A stretch of DNA of 63,970 nucleotides, filler included, from Craspedostauros australis (taxonomy: Eukaryota), in assembly GCA_030167865.1 (NCBI GenBank). It is 11 parts of 11 records of this genome, joined end to end, with 100 filler letters (N's around TTAATTAATTAA, not from the genome) between each part and the next. Parts side by side here need not be neighbours in the genome. Positions count along the whole stretch, not along the records: positions 40,375 to 47,636 come from JALAGF010001438.1; positions 47,737 to 52,493 come from JALAGF010001439.1; positions 52,594 to 63,970 come from JALAGF010001440.1; 8 more parts are not named here. One strand, 5' to 3'. The notes below the pieces were generated by a model. That model made no database searches. It saw only the letters and a list, made by a program, of their open reading frames with translations, and was not told where the DNA came from. Shown here in pieces: positions 47,160 through 60,071 of the stretch (position 1 is the stretch's first letter; every line of letters starts with the position of its first letter). A program made the translations under genes and the position numbers.

Positions 47160-47736
47160 GATGCCGTTCTCCGTGGAGTACTCTAGAGCATAGTGTATTG
47201 TCTCTTACCCCGGTTCTTGTAGTATTGGTCACAATGCATCTACTGCTGGTGGTGCTTGTTGTACTTGTGGAGGTTCGTTGCTAACGGTGCCATTCATCAC
47301 TCGTATCAATGCGACGACGAACAGAACAGGACTGAATGGTGTTGTTGGTTGGACTTCTCTCCTTTTCATGTCCCGGTATTTGTTTCCTTCCACGCAGTTT
47401 TGGTGGTTGTTGCTCAATTTCGCGCGCGAAGGACAGATTGACAGACCGTGTGAGGATCATTGAGTCTTGTTGATTCACACTTGAAGCGTCACGAAGAGGA
47501 ACACGTTTCCACGATGATCGTGTATGCAGACACAAGACTCCGAGAGTCCAATCCCACCAGACAGACATGGGACCAGTGAAATAGACATCCTACATGGTAA
47601 AGGTCAACAACTAACCAGCAGAAAGCGAAAGCACCANNNNNNNNNNNNNNNNNNNNNNNNNNNNNNNNNNNNNNNNNNNNTTAATTAATTAANNNNNNNN
47701 NNNNNNNNNNNNNNNNNNNNNNNNNNNNNNNNNNNN

Positions 47737-48342
47737 AAGCACGTCGCTGGATGCGTACTTGTTGAAGAGCTTGCGTGCAGCTCCTTCACCGAGGTCTCCG
47801 GCGCACGCGAAGAAGTTCTGCAGTTGCTCGGATTCCTTGACAGCGCTGATGGCTTCGCGGCAGGATGGCTTGGCAGAGTTGCAGATGATGGTCTTGGCGC
47901 TTACCTCTTGCTGTGTGAGGGCGGTATTGCCATCCGGCTTGCAAATGACCTTGACGGTAGAATCAAAGACCACTGGGGCAGCTGATGGTTTGGCAGTTGG
48001 CAGGAGCGTCGGTTGAGAGGTCGGCAACGCGGTTGGCTGAGCGACAGGTGCCATCGAGGGCATCTCCGAAATCAAGCCTGTTGGCGGCCCAGTAGGCAAT
48101 GCGGTTGGCGCGGTTGTTTCTGCAACAGCCGGGTTTTCAGTGGGTGGCACTCGGATGTTCTTGTTGCCCTTGTTGGTCTTCACGTCGCCGTCAGCGTTCT
48201 TGAGGATGCGGGTCGTCATCATCATCATGTGGAGTTCCTTGGTTGGATCCACGGGAGTCCTGTTGCCGCGGAGCGCGGCGTGGGTCATTGCTGTGTTGGC
48301 GAGAGCGATAAAAGCCGCGAAGGCTGCCTTGGTGTAGAGCAT
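47737..48342 (-). CDS. Secreted Pro/Thr-rich protein, paralog 2 (3' end in gap)
   Basis: MLYTKAAFAAFIALA signal peptide; body apparently identical to 40375-40789. Confidence 0.75.
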
Positions 48343-49484
48343 CTTTGCTGTTGTCTTCGTTGCTGCCGTGAGAATGTTGGGGTCTACACGGCGGGCGCAT
48401 TTGTATGCGTGCATGTATGCGTACGTGCCACGAGAAGGGGCCGGTACGGATCACGTATGAGTTGAGATTGGCAATGCGATCACCATGTGTACGTTTGGCG
48501 GCGAGTTTCGTCCCACGAAGAACGGCAACGATTGTGAGTGTTGCAGTGATGGGTTCGTTTGTGTGAGCAGAATCGTCGGTGTGTGAAATGATGCAATACG
48601 TGGTGGCGAGCAACGACAACGACGGCGATCAATGAAGATCAACGATATCCATCAATCGACACCCCATCGTGACGATTCGATCATGTCAAGATCGCGTTCA
48701 CAGGAGACATCAGTTGCGCATGCGAAGGGAAGAGAAGGAACGATGGTGATGGAAAAGAGCAGCATGAGTTAATTTGGCTTGGACGAGGTGCAGGATTAGA
48801 CCCCTGGGTGTGGAGTGGCGCGCGTCTGGCATTGGCATGGCACGAGGCATCCTGAACGAGATGATCGCCACCGACAGGCGCCGCAGCATCGCTGCATAAC
48901 GAACCGCGAAGATTGACTGGGATGTAGGTGTGGTGCTCATACTCGCAGGTATCTTGCATCTCGAGCGTTGGTGCGTGCTTCCGTTTCATCAATGCTGCTG
49001 CATCATCTGCGACGCTATCCGCAGTTCGCGTGCGTCTTGACGTCGGTTTTGCAAATGAAATCATTCTCCGTTGTGTGGTTGTCGATTCTTCCTCATGCAT
49101 AAGCCAGGCTTCCATCCTCCTTTCTTCGCGATGTGTACGTACCTTTTAGTTGTTTCACTTCGTTGCGGCCTCAGAGGGGCTTGCCGTCTACTTGCGACGC
49201 CTGCTAGTTGTTGGTTATTTGCTGGATGATTGCTGGTTGCTGGCGTTTCCAATCTGACGATTGATTTGTTTTGTGAGACTTTGTGTCGATTTCGGAGGCA
49301 AAGAAGTGATTCCTGTGAATATCGCGAGTGTGTTGTGTTCGATGTGCCATGAATGCGCGAGATACAATGAGCCTGGTGGTGTGGAATGCAGCCGCAGCTA
49401 CTGACACCTCCACCAATACTACTATTGTATCTTGTTCTTCGGGTGAGACTCCAGTCACAACCACAACTCTGCAGTGTTCGGATT

Positions 49485-49668
49485 CATAATCACCGATGCG
49501 ATTTATATCACCGATCGAAGTCATAATCACCGATCCGATTTATATCACCGATCGAAGTCATCATTATCGATCCGATGTATATCACTGATCGAAGTCATCA
49601 TTATCGATCCGATTCATATCACCGATCGAAGTCATCATCATCGATCCGATTCATATCACCGATCGAAG
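49485..49668. repeat. 37-bp minisatellite, ~5 copies
   Basis: TATCACCGATCGAAGTCATCATTATCGATCCGATTYA-type unit, no spacers. Confidence 0.9.
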
Positions 49669-49980
49669 CCATTAAAAACGATCGGATTCTTGTTTCTTCA
49701 TGCACATTTGGGACAAGCTTCATTGCAGGACAGGACTGGTTGTGGAGGGGCAGGGCAGGGCAGGGCAGGCTCCAAGGTAAAGCGAGTGCGATCAATGCGA
49801 GTTGATTCCAACTAGTTCTACTGATATTAGTTGTTGGAACATGACGAATATTCAGATTTGTGTATGCCCCAGTAGGGGTCACAGTTGCACAAATGACTGG
49901 GACACCAGGCAAAACGGGTCGAATTAATCCATCTTCGAGATAACTGACCCAGCCAATCAAAGCTTGGTGTTTTGGCAATA

Positions 49981-51405
49981 GGACCCGGTTGTGTGACGGG
50001 ACCTGCAGTCGGTCCTGGAGGGGTGGCAACTTACGGATATTTCGACAAAAACACTCGCATATTATTAAAATAGATATACTATAAGATGTTTGATGGACGC
50101 TGATTTTTATCTAAGTCCTTATTTTAACTTTTATGGACCCCTCGATTTTGGACCCGTCTAGACTAAGCTAGCGTACTACGGCCAGACTTACTGTATTGGT
50201 ACCTCCAAAAGCAGAATCTTCAATGTCAATTTAAGGCTAAATATATGTATTTAGTACCCGCATTGCGGCTCTGACACTTTGCTGCAATTGTGTCCTCACA
50301 TTTGTTCCACCATCTCAGGAGATTCCGGATGTTCCTCCATCGTCTGTGTCTCACATGCGATTTGCTCTGATGTTGTGTTTTCTTCTTGTTGCAGCGCGAT
50401 GTCCTCCTCTTCTGCTGTTGTCTGTTGTGGAGGCACGATCTCTGCATCAGTATTGTTTGCGTTCGTAGTCGTAGGTGGTTGGGTAATTGTTGTATTCGTT
50501 GTGTTTGTTGCGTGTTTGTTGAAGTCTGCGATTCTGTTGGTCGTTGGTAAGAATCTCAACATCTCACTCGTTGTCGAACGTCGCGCCTTCGAGCACAGGA
50601 GGGAGGAGCTTGTCTGTTGCAGAAGTCGGATTGTGCTGCTTACCATCCATATGCAATGGAGGTAACAGCTTCTCAGCAGTAGATGGTGTGAACAGTTCCT
50701 TGCAATCAATTGGATCGGATGGAAAGGGGCGCACCGATGGAGAGGATGGCACACGTTGCTTCTGGGAGCGGGAAGGATTGGCATCCTTGGACGCAGCTTT
50801 CGAGGTAGAGACGAGCATGACGTTGATTGCTACTGATGGGTAGATGGAGAAGACTACTAGTGATGGAAGTGAATTGAGGAGGAGAAGTGCAAGAAGGTGG
50901 CAATACAAGCACTACATGAACATGCAATAAGCACAGCACACCATCGCAGAGAAGCAAAGGTTGGCTCTGTGCCGAATTGTGAGGAGATTTGTGACATGTG
51001 ACGAGAGCCAAATTTGAATTTGAATGTTACTGTCTCATAACGGATAGTAGCCAAGAAAATGTGTTCGGACAGGTCAAACAATAACGTCGCTGAAATGCCA
51101 AATTCCGTGCGCAACCCGTCACTAAAAGTTCTTTCCCGAACGTGTCTGCGCACATTGTGCTGTTTGCGTCGAAAAACTAATCAATGTCATGTGATCATCA
51201 CGAAGCAGCGTTCATATTCGACCAAGAGGACCGTAAAACTACAAAGGTCCATAAAAATTAAAATAAGACATTAAAGCAAAATCGGCGTCCACTGTGATTC
51301 TTATATTTTTCTCTAGATTATGAATATGTGAGTGGTTTGGTTGAAAGCCCCGTAAGTTGCCACCCCTCCAGGACCGACTGCAGGTCCCGTCACACGACCG
51401 GGTCT
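49981..51405. mobile_element. Non-autonomous DNA transposon with ~160-bp imperfect terminal inverted repeats, flanked by TA
   Basis: GGACCCGGTTGTGTGACGGGACCTGCAGTCGGTCCTGGAGGGGTGGCAACTTACGG at left; reverse complement at 51350-51405; TA at 49979-80 and 51406-07. Confidence 0.8.
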
Positions 51406-54243
51406 TATGACTGCAACCTGTCTCGATTCCCTCCATGGCTATGACAACTACCCTATTGCCGCAGTCATGGCATGCATATCCAATCTGCTTCAACCCAAGC
51501 AGGGAATCCGAGAGTGAATTCTAACCACAACCACTGCAGGACGACGTTTCAGCCCAGCTCTTACGTGCGTGACAGAAGGCAGGTGCAACTTGGCAGATGG
51601 GATCGTCGCTTTCATGGGTGCGAAACGCAACGAAAAGGGCGAGCTGGTTGACCATGCGCTCTACACCATCTTCATCCAATCCGAGGATCTTTTTGGAGAT
51701 TCCGACATCGACACCGCAGGTATTCGCGACAAGAAGAACAGGGTCGATCAGGAGGTGCTGGATATTCCGTTTGGGAATACCCGACTGTACTGTGTGGCCA
51801 GTCGATCGGAGGCGTTGTCGACGAAAATGCTGGAGATCAGTGAAACCGACGAAGTCAAAGACAGCATCCAAAACAAACAATCGAAGAAGAACAAGAACAT
51901 GAAGAAGAACACGAAGAAGAACACGAGAGTTCCGTTTGTTTCGTATCCGACTGATGAAGGCATGATGCTGCCAAATGTGATGTTGGCCCTTGATCCACTT
52001 CGCAATCACCAGAAGTTGGATGACAACGCAGTTATGTTGAAATTCTCCAACAGCAAAGATGAGTGATGAGGCGGTGGTGGTACTACCAACGGACGAGATG
52101 ACTATGATGCAGGATGGATTCAATCTCCACTTCATCCATATGACAATGTCGAACTATCTAGCAATATCATGTTCCAATGATGATCTTGATCTGATTGTTG
52201 ATACTGTGCATGGTAGCTGCTGTGTCTTCATGATGGGTAGACTGACATCTGGTGGATGGTGTTTCTTTGCCTGTGCTGTCAGATCTTGTCTCATGCGATG
52301 GCAAGATCCGATCCTGTACGAGCTCCAACCCTGGTGTCTTCTTTCATTGCCGTTTGATCAGGGTGGGTGATGCCTCTCATGTCAGCCAACGAGCCGAATT
52401 GTGAGATATGGAACAACCCTCATCACACTTCCCCTTGCATCTTGCAAATCGGCCGATCTCCAAGGTGATAATGAAAATAAGAGGACCGCAGCTNNNNNNN
52501 NNNNNNNNNNNNNNNNNNNNNNNNNNNNNNNNNNNNNTTAATTAATTAANNNNNNNNNNNNNNNNNNNNNNNNNNNNNNNNNNNNNNNNNNNNTTTAACA
52601 AGCATAAAATGTTAATCGTTGATGTCCTCCCTTGTCTGTTGTAGTGAGTTCGTGTTTGGTGTCCTGGTTTGAAAAAGGCAAGCACAGCATCGCGCTGACT
52701 GGTTCATCGTGTAAGTGCTCTGCTTTACTGTGGGGAACACTATTTGCCAACGATGCATCTTGGACCCACTGGAAAGCCGTGGTGGAGAATGGGCAAGGAG
52801 CTTCGTCCACGTGGGGTGACATCCTTCCTGGATCACAAGAGGATGGACTAGGCAACCAGACACTGTTGCTTGCGCAAAACAATCCAAGTGTGTCCTAATG
52901 AAACGAACGAAAACACCAGAGAAACATCTGGACTGTGCAATCACACGCACGTTCAGCGGAGGGGTGGGAGGATGTTCACAGCAACAGCCGACGATGAGAG
53001 CGACACGAGCAGGGGAGCGACACAAGCAGGGTTCATCACGCAATGACGCGTGGCTATGAGGACAGGAAAGGTAGGACATGATGCTGCCTACCCCCCTGCG
53101 AACGAACATGCTCACTTTCGTCACAGGTGTGGAGAGTGACGAGTGAAGAATCGAAGTACACCGGGCAAGAGTATGATGAGACAATGCATGTTTGTTGGTG
53201 TGCTGCACAGCAAGGAATTGTGGCGCGAAAAGGAACCACCCCACACGTTCGAGAGTTGTTCCGGCCACGAAGAAACGCACCAGCACGAACAACGAATGCG
53301 AAGCAAGGACCCTCTTGAAAAGCAAGGGGCGATTGAGCCGAAGGGCTGTCACGGTCGAAAGGAGGCAATGTGACGTAGCGGGTTTGGGAATGGCGCTGTC
53401 TTGGAGCAGACACGAAAGGGTGGAAGGAGAGCAAAGCGGACGTCATTGGCACGTTCACACAGTGTTGGACATCGCCAGGCACTCACGTTAATAAGCGCAA
53501 CGTCACGCCGACACGGGAAAGGCGTGCTCTAGTAGTCGCATGAGTCGATGATCCCAACGAACAAAGCACGGCAGAACGCGCTTCAAGCGTGAATAAAGTA
53601 CAAATCGACACATGTGGTGTCTTTACCGCGCTTCCCTTGTGATCTCGAACTTTCGTCGTCGGCGTTGTTGTGACTGCCAAGTCGAACCGGATGTGGAATA
53701 CGATGATGACGACCTCGTTGCCTCTGTTTCTGTTTTTTGCAGGCAGATGTGTGCTGCATCATCGTTGGGAGAACCGTTTTTTGTTTGTTTGTTTTCCATG
53801 ATTGTGGACAACCAATCGATTCTGATCGTTGTGGTTTGAGGCGAGGCGCGCTTCCACTCGGCGACATCCTACTTATGATCCAACACCGTTTCGTCATGTC
53901 CGAACCATGGCAATGACGCACGGCATTGGAGGCCACGAGCTGAAGATCCCGGCGCTATTCCGTTCGCTTTGTGGACTCTCGTCTGGACGGCGTCAGTGCT
54001 CGTTGACACACACAACAAACCAAGAATTTCAATCCTCACTTTTTGTTGTGACCACTTGGTTTTGTTCACCGCAACATCAAGCTCTCTCGAAGATCCGCGC
54101 GGCCGTTGGCATCGGAAGGAAGCGCGGACGTGCATCCGGGGACAGTGGCAGGAACATTGGCACTATACTCTCATACAGGTCAAGATCAATCATCCCGAGA
54201 ACGCAGAGACCGCAAGTCCGGAAGTCGACGTCAAGGACCCAGC

Positions 54244-55404
54244 ATGAAACGCTGCGTTGCTTGCATCATCGGGCTGGCAGCCCTTCTCACATCAAGGGTG
54301 ATTGGATTTGGCATTCCGTCCAAGCCATCCAACCCATCCATCTGTGCCCATTCGAGAACCGAACGAAGGGGTAAGAGAAGCATCTTGCAAAGTTCTCAGC
54401 AGGAGGTGGAAGATTCTTCACAGCAGACGCAAACGCAGACGCAAACGCAGACGCAAACATACATGGAACAAAGGGAACAGCACGCGCAGGATGAGGCAAC
54501 GACGCTGTCACCGATTGCGCCATTCAAGCTGGAGAACGAAGAACTGACGCAGCGCAACCTGCGATTCGGGGGCGTCGGTCGATTGTACACGACGCAGCAG
54601 GATTACAATCGCAACATGGAGGGCAACGCAGAGGATCTTCATTTGAAGGTCGTGGATCGATTGTCATCTGCTACCGTCATGGTCATCGGGCTGGGTGGCG
54701 TGGGGTCGTGGGCTGCCGAGGCGCTGTGCCGCAGCGGGGTGGGCTCCCTCGTGCTCATCGATCTGGATGACATTTGCATCAGCAACACCAACCGGCAGCT
54801 CCACGCGACAGCATCGACCGTCGGTCAGATGAAGATTGATGAGATGCAACGTCGTCTCAATGACATCAACCCGGCCTGCAACATCACGCTCATTCATGAC
54901 TACATCTCCGATGCGAACATCGCGGATATCCTCGATCGCGTGCCCGACATCACCGCCTGCCTCGACGCCATCGACGGCACGGAGGCCAAGTGCGCGCTGA
55001 TCTCGCAGTGCGTCGATCGTCAAATTCCGGTCGTGACGTGCGGCGGGTCAGCTGGTCGTACAGATCCCACGCGGGTTCGCTACGACGACATCACCCGGAT
55101 CGAGGGTGACAAGCTGCTCAGCGCGGTGCGCAGGATTTTGCGCAAGGAGCACGGATTCTCGGCTGGTGTGGCCTTCTACATGCAGCGAAGTAAGAACACG
55201 AAGATGCCGAGGAAGTGGCGTGTGCCGGCGGTGTATTCCACGGAACCGACCAAGGTCGTGTCGAAGGACACTGTGTCGTCCTTCAGACGGTGCGATGGTG
55301 CATTGGGAACAGCATGCTTCGTGACGGGAACGTTCGGCTTCATTGCGGCAGGTCGCGTGGTGGAGATGATCGTCAAGGACGACCTCGTTGTTCCTCGAAA
55401 ATGA
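54244..55404 (+). CDS. tcdA: tRNA threonylcarbamoyladenosine dehydratase (TcdA/CsdL, ThiF family) with probable plastid presequence
   Basis: RFGGVGRLY, VIGLGGVGSWAAEALCRSG, DDICISNTNRQ, DAID, VYSTE, GTACFVTGTFG; N-terminal signal peptide followed by Phe. Confidence 0.88.
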   Translation: MKRCVACIIGLAALLTSRVIGFGIPSKPSNPSICAHSRTERRGKRSILQSSQQEVEDSSQQTQTQTQTQTQTYMEQREQHAQDEATTLSPIAPFKLENEELTQRNLRFGGVGRLYTTQQDYNRNMEGNAEDLHLKVVDRLSSATVMVIGLGGVGSWAAEALCRSGVGSLVLIDLDDICISNTNRQLHATASTVGQMKIDEMQRRLNDINPACNITLIHDYISDANIADILDRVPDITACLDAIDGTEAKCALISQCVDRQIPVVTCGGSAGRTDPTRVRYDDITRIEGDKLLSAVRRILRKEHGFSAGVAFYMQRSKNTKMPRKWRVPAVYSTEPTKVVSKDTVSSFRRCDGALGTACFVTGTFGFIAAGRVVEMIVKDDLVVPRK

Positions 55405-55699
55405 TAGAGTAGATGATGGTGCATCAATGGACAAGCATGTTGTGTGTGTGCATTGAGAACGTTGATGCCATCTTCCTCACTTTCCCATGCGGACAGTTGG
55501 GAGTGGCGGTACGGTGGCAGTTGCAGTAATATTAGGCGTATTGTAGCAGATTAACTTCTTTACTCCACTTTCATTACAATAGTCATGCAGAGCTCGGAAA
55601 GATCGATCCTGGTATTTGCACAACATAGCATGTCGTAGCATAATCATATCACGTCAGGACATCGTTGTGCGCACACCCCTACCGTGGGAATGACCACTT

Positions 55700-58600
55700 T
55701 TATTTGGAATACACTTGCGTCATGTCATTGAGAATGCCGCAAGTATTGTCACCCATCGCGACGTAAGCGTATCCATTCATGCCCCAGCTGCTTCCCCATT
55801 GGTTGCGAACGATCCAATAACCTTCGCGATCGGAGTCGTCACGGCTACCGCTCCCGCTGTGGCTATTGCTTCCACTGTTGTTGTTATCGTCGCCATCTTC
55901 GTCACCGTCGTTGAAGGCGTAGCCCACGATTTGGACGCAATGGTTCATGTCCAAGAAGGCGGATGTGCAGCCGAGCTCTGCCGTGATGATACCACCGGCA
56001 TAGTCCTGCCACAGTGATGCCTCCAGGCACACGGTTGTTGGTCCGTAGGATGCGACGTTGCGCACAGCAAGCGCTTCATCCTGTGTGTCGCAGTTGCAAC
56101 CGCTGCCATCCGTGTAGCACAGGCAACGATCGGTTGCGTATCCGTAGCCATCGATCTGGCCGTACCGTTGGCTTTGGCTGCCACTGTTGTAATTATCATT
56201 GTTGTCGTTGCTTCCGTCGTGAGAGTTGCCCTCCGCAGGACAGATCTTTGCGGCATAGGATTGCACAGCATCCGCTCTGCACAAATACAATGATAAGAAA
56301 CACAGGAAAGGAAACAAAAGCATAGAATCGTGGTGGTGGTAGCAGACAGAGTGCAAATATGCACAATTGTTGACAGATGTGTGAGAAGTGCGCGGTGCAG
56401 CATGCGCGAGACAATCAACAAACGAAAACATCAAGCAACGCAACACAGTGATCCACTTACGTGTAGGTGTAGCTCGTGCCTTCCATCGCCTCGGTGAGTT
56501 CCAGAAGGAATTCATCATCGTACGCCATGTCATTCTCCAGCAGCAGACCGTTGTGCTCCATGACCCATTCGAAGGCGTTCTGTGGCCACCCGCCGCTGCA
56601 CATCTCGCAGGTGTCGTCGCATACGATGACCTCCGTTTCGGAAAGATCGTAGAGCTGACCTGTTGACAGGAAAGTTGCCGATTCGATGGTTTCCACGGCC
56701 GTGATGGCCCAGCACGCGCCGCAATCTCCCTGCGACTTGATGTCGCTGACAGCGCCGCCATCGCGCCAATCGACCGCGACGGGGTAGGAATCGGCATCGT
56801 ACGTTGGTTCCATGGTCCCAAAGCCGAATTGGATGCCCGCGGAATTGAACAACCACCTGAGCCAGCACGAGACGTTGTACCAGTTGCAATTAGCGCTGGA
56901 GGATGACATGACGCGCGAATCTTGCGCCAAGCTTCGCTTGGATAGGACACGGCGTTTCGCAGATGCCTGCAGCTTTGGATTTGCCTTCGTTGGGTCCAGG
57001 ACGTGTCCGGAGCCGTGGCTCAATCGGCGCGTCTTGGGTCCAACAGCTTTGTGCTTTTGATGGTGATGCCAGTCTTCACCCATGAGGCCCTTGTATCCGG
57101 TGAGGTATCTGGCCTTGAATTCTTCATGCGTCAAGTCTTGCAGACCGTTGGAACCGAAGACTTCCTTCTTGGTCATCTTGCACGCACCATGTTGCACATT
57201 CTTCTGCTTCGTTCTGCGCAACATTGAGTATTCAGACAGAGTATTTGGTTGTGGCCGTGTGATACATGTCGCGCATTTGATTCATGTTTGGCAAAAAAAC
57301 GAAAGAAAGAAAGAAGTTGAAGATGAGGAACGAGAAGCAACAGGGTAATTCAGAGAGTATACTCTTCAGAACCACCCAACCAACCAAAGAAAAGAGGAAC
57401 AATAGCGGAGCTCTTGTGCCAACGGATGACTTACCGTTCGTGATTGTGCGACCAGATATGAAAACGATGCTCCTTCTCCTCGTGAGAATGGTACTTCTTG
57501 CCATGGTGATGTGCCCAGCTTTCGAACTTCTCCCTCAGCTCTTCCTCCATCTCCAGGAGGACGCGGTGCTGACCATGTGCAGCGTTGTGATGTTGTTGGT
57601 AGACGGCTTGCATGGGCTCTGCCATTCGGAAGCGTGGATCATTCTGCTGACCAAGTCTGGATATCTCGTCCTTGGACAGTGGCAGCAAGAGGATTTGCTC
57701 TGGCACTTGATCATTGGCACTAGCAGTGTTGGCGTTGGTGGTTTGGTAATTCCCATTGCCGATGGCAACGAGATTGGCGTCGGCGGAGGCCGTGACATCG
57801 GAATCGGAATGACCGAAGGAATGCATGAAGACCCCCGTGAAGGTCAAGAGCAGAGCAGCAGCTAGAACCATCCAGATGCGGACGAACGAGAGGAGGCGTC
57901 TGGCTTTGAGCAACGCCATGGATGGACCGCTTTGTGGACGGTGGGCAAAGCCCCGAGACCACGAGTTTCCGTTTTCCATTTCAAAGTAGTCGCGGTCAGG
58001 GTTGAAGTGTGACGGTTGCGAAGACTGCGATCTGGTGGGTCTGAATCTCTCCCCTGCCTGTCCCAGTGCACCGAAGAGGTTGGATGTCTTGGCACCGATG
58101 GAGGCACCTTTCCTTTTTTGATTTGCATCATCATCGTGGGCATGCGAATAGGCATATGGGTTTGCTTCGTGCGGTGATCTTGTCGGCATTCTGATCGTCG
58201 GACTCTTCCTATGCGTGAGCAACAGGCCCGAAGATGTCTTGATGGGCTCTTCCCCACCATCGTTGCGAACCGCATTTGATGCATTACTCGGCGATCGGGA
58301 GATGTCTGCGTCGTGCTGCTGATCGTTGACTGATCTCCTTGAGGATGATGGCATGGCCATTGGGGTACTTCTAGTCGCTGTTGCTGCACTGTTTGGCGTT
58401 GCAGAAAGCGCGTTCATGCGGGGCGGTTCCTCTTCGATTTCTAGGTAACCTGCAGTGCCCGGAAAGACCGAATTGACTGGCGGTTCCCTGTGCGCGCCAT
58501 ACTGTTGCCGCTGCTGCTGCTGTTGATGATGTTGATGATGCCGTTGAAAGCCTGTTCTGAAAGAGTCTTGCGTTGCAACGGAGGATTGATCGTCAAGCAA

Positions 58601-59092
58601 AGAGTTGCCTTTGACATTGACGAGGGTCTCCGCGGTGGGACCTCCGGTAATGGCTACGGCTTGGTTGTTGGATGCAGATTGGGTGTGCATGAACGGATCA
58701 AAGCCTCCCGATGCCTGTGCAGATCCATACGCCTCCTGCCTTGCTTGTTCAGACATCGCGAGTTCAATGGTGGTGGGCGAGTTGGCGGCGGAGGACATGG
58801 ATGGCGAAGTCATGTGCGCGAGGAGCGTCGATTGGTAGTTGCGGCCCTGGATGGTTGCAGGCGGTGTCAGCGATTCGACCGTCTGCAGGTCGTCGTCCGA
58901 CGCGTCATCCCTTGATTGAGGATCGATCTCCGTCTCGAAGCTGACGGTCAAGCGATCCGCAAGCGGCGTGCCACCCATGTTCGCCGCAACGCCACCCGAG
59001 ATCCCTTGGCGTGTCTCCGATTGCTGATCGCCCTCCGGCTCATCGTCCGATGAAGCGTGGGAGAACGACACGTACTGCGAATCCGGCATCAT
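55700..59092 (-). CDS. Papain-family (C1A) cysteine protease with I29-type prodomain and N-terminal TM anchor; exons 59092-57435, 57213-56461, 56276-55700
   Basis: GTAAG...CAG introns keep the frame; QGDCGACWA, NHCVQIVGY, WIVRNQWG catalytic motifs; FESWAHHHGKKY...RFHIW prodomain. Confidence 0.9.
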
Positions 59093-59879
59093 CTCCGGTG
59101 TATGATGCTCTGCTGTGCTATATTCGATACCTTGGAAGTATAATAGCAAAGTGGTGGAGTGGCTGTGGAATCAACTGCTGCCGATGTTGATGCTGCTTCT
59201 TCTGCAACAGAACTGTGTCTTTCTTGTGTCGAATGAACGCGGACAACGGAAGAGCAGAGCGTGTCGGGTGCGGAACAGTGGCAGATAGTAGTAGACCAAG
59301 AAGAAGTCGCGTTCACCGTGCTTTTGTCTCTCGTGTCGTTGGTTTGGCGTTTGGCTGCGACAGACTTTCCCTCCTCCATTTCGCGCCCTTGTGCGTTGGC
59401 TTTCGTAGCGATTTTTCTAGTTGGCGAGAGAAGCCCACCACAATTTCGCCGCGCGCCGGCCGGCATTCACCTTGACTCGTTCGAATTGAGATTCGCCCAA
59501 TTTTTAAATCGTTCATTTAGCCGTAATATAACGTTACAATGCCCACCTCTTTCATTCGTGTTTCATCTCTCATTCGTGGCGTTGAACAATGCCGAAGCCT
59601 TCGCGTTTCGATCGTCATCGTGTTTGACGGCCTTCCTCGGTTTGTTGGGATGGGATGCCTCCGACATCAGCGTTCGTGATGGTGGTCGTGTGACAATGAC
59701 GACGACGATGGCAACGATGACGATGGAAGAAGAGAGGAGAGAGAACACTGAGTTCGCGACGCCGATTCCTTCCTCCTCCATCACATCGCATCACATCGCA
59801 TCACCTCGCATCCCGTCAGGCCAACGACCGAAAGAGAATCGATCACAAAAGAACGGCCGAGGCTTGACACATAAAACCA

Positions 59880-60050
59880 AGTCACAAGCAAAACAACAAC
59901 AACAACAACCACAATAGAAAAGCAACAGAGCAACAGCAACACAACAGCAACACAACAGCAACACAACAACAGCACAGCAATAAAGCAGACGATTCATCAC
60001 GTCCATAACAGAACAACAGAACAACAGCAGAACAGCAGAACAGCAGAAGA
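59880..60050. repeat. Compound ACA/AGC-rich microsatellite upstream of galE
   Basis: caacaacaac..., (caacacaacag)n, (cagaacag)n. Confidence 0.7.
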
Positions 60051-60071
60051 TCAACACTAAAGCAAGGCACG

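Noticed and set aside
51569..52066. 165-aa ORF
   Set aside because: GTG start, no recognisable family; probably a fragment.
3654..52593. Recurrent TTAATTAATTAA palindrome as a biological motif
   Set aside because: Always centred in N44...N44; an artificial contig linker.
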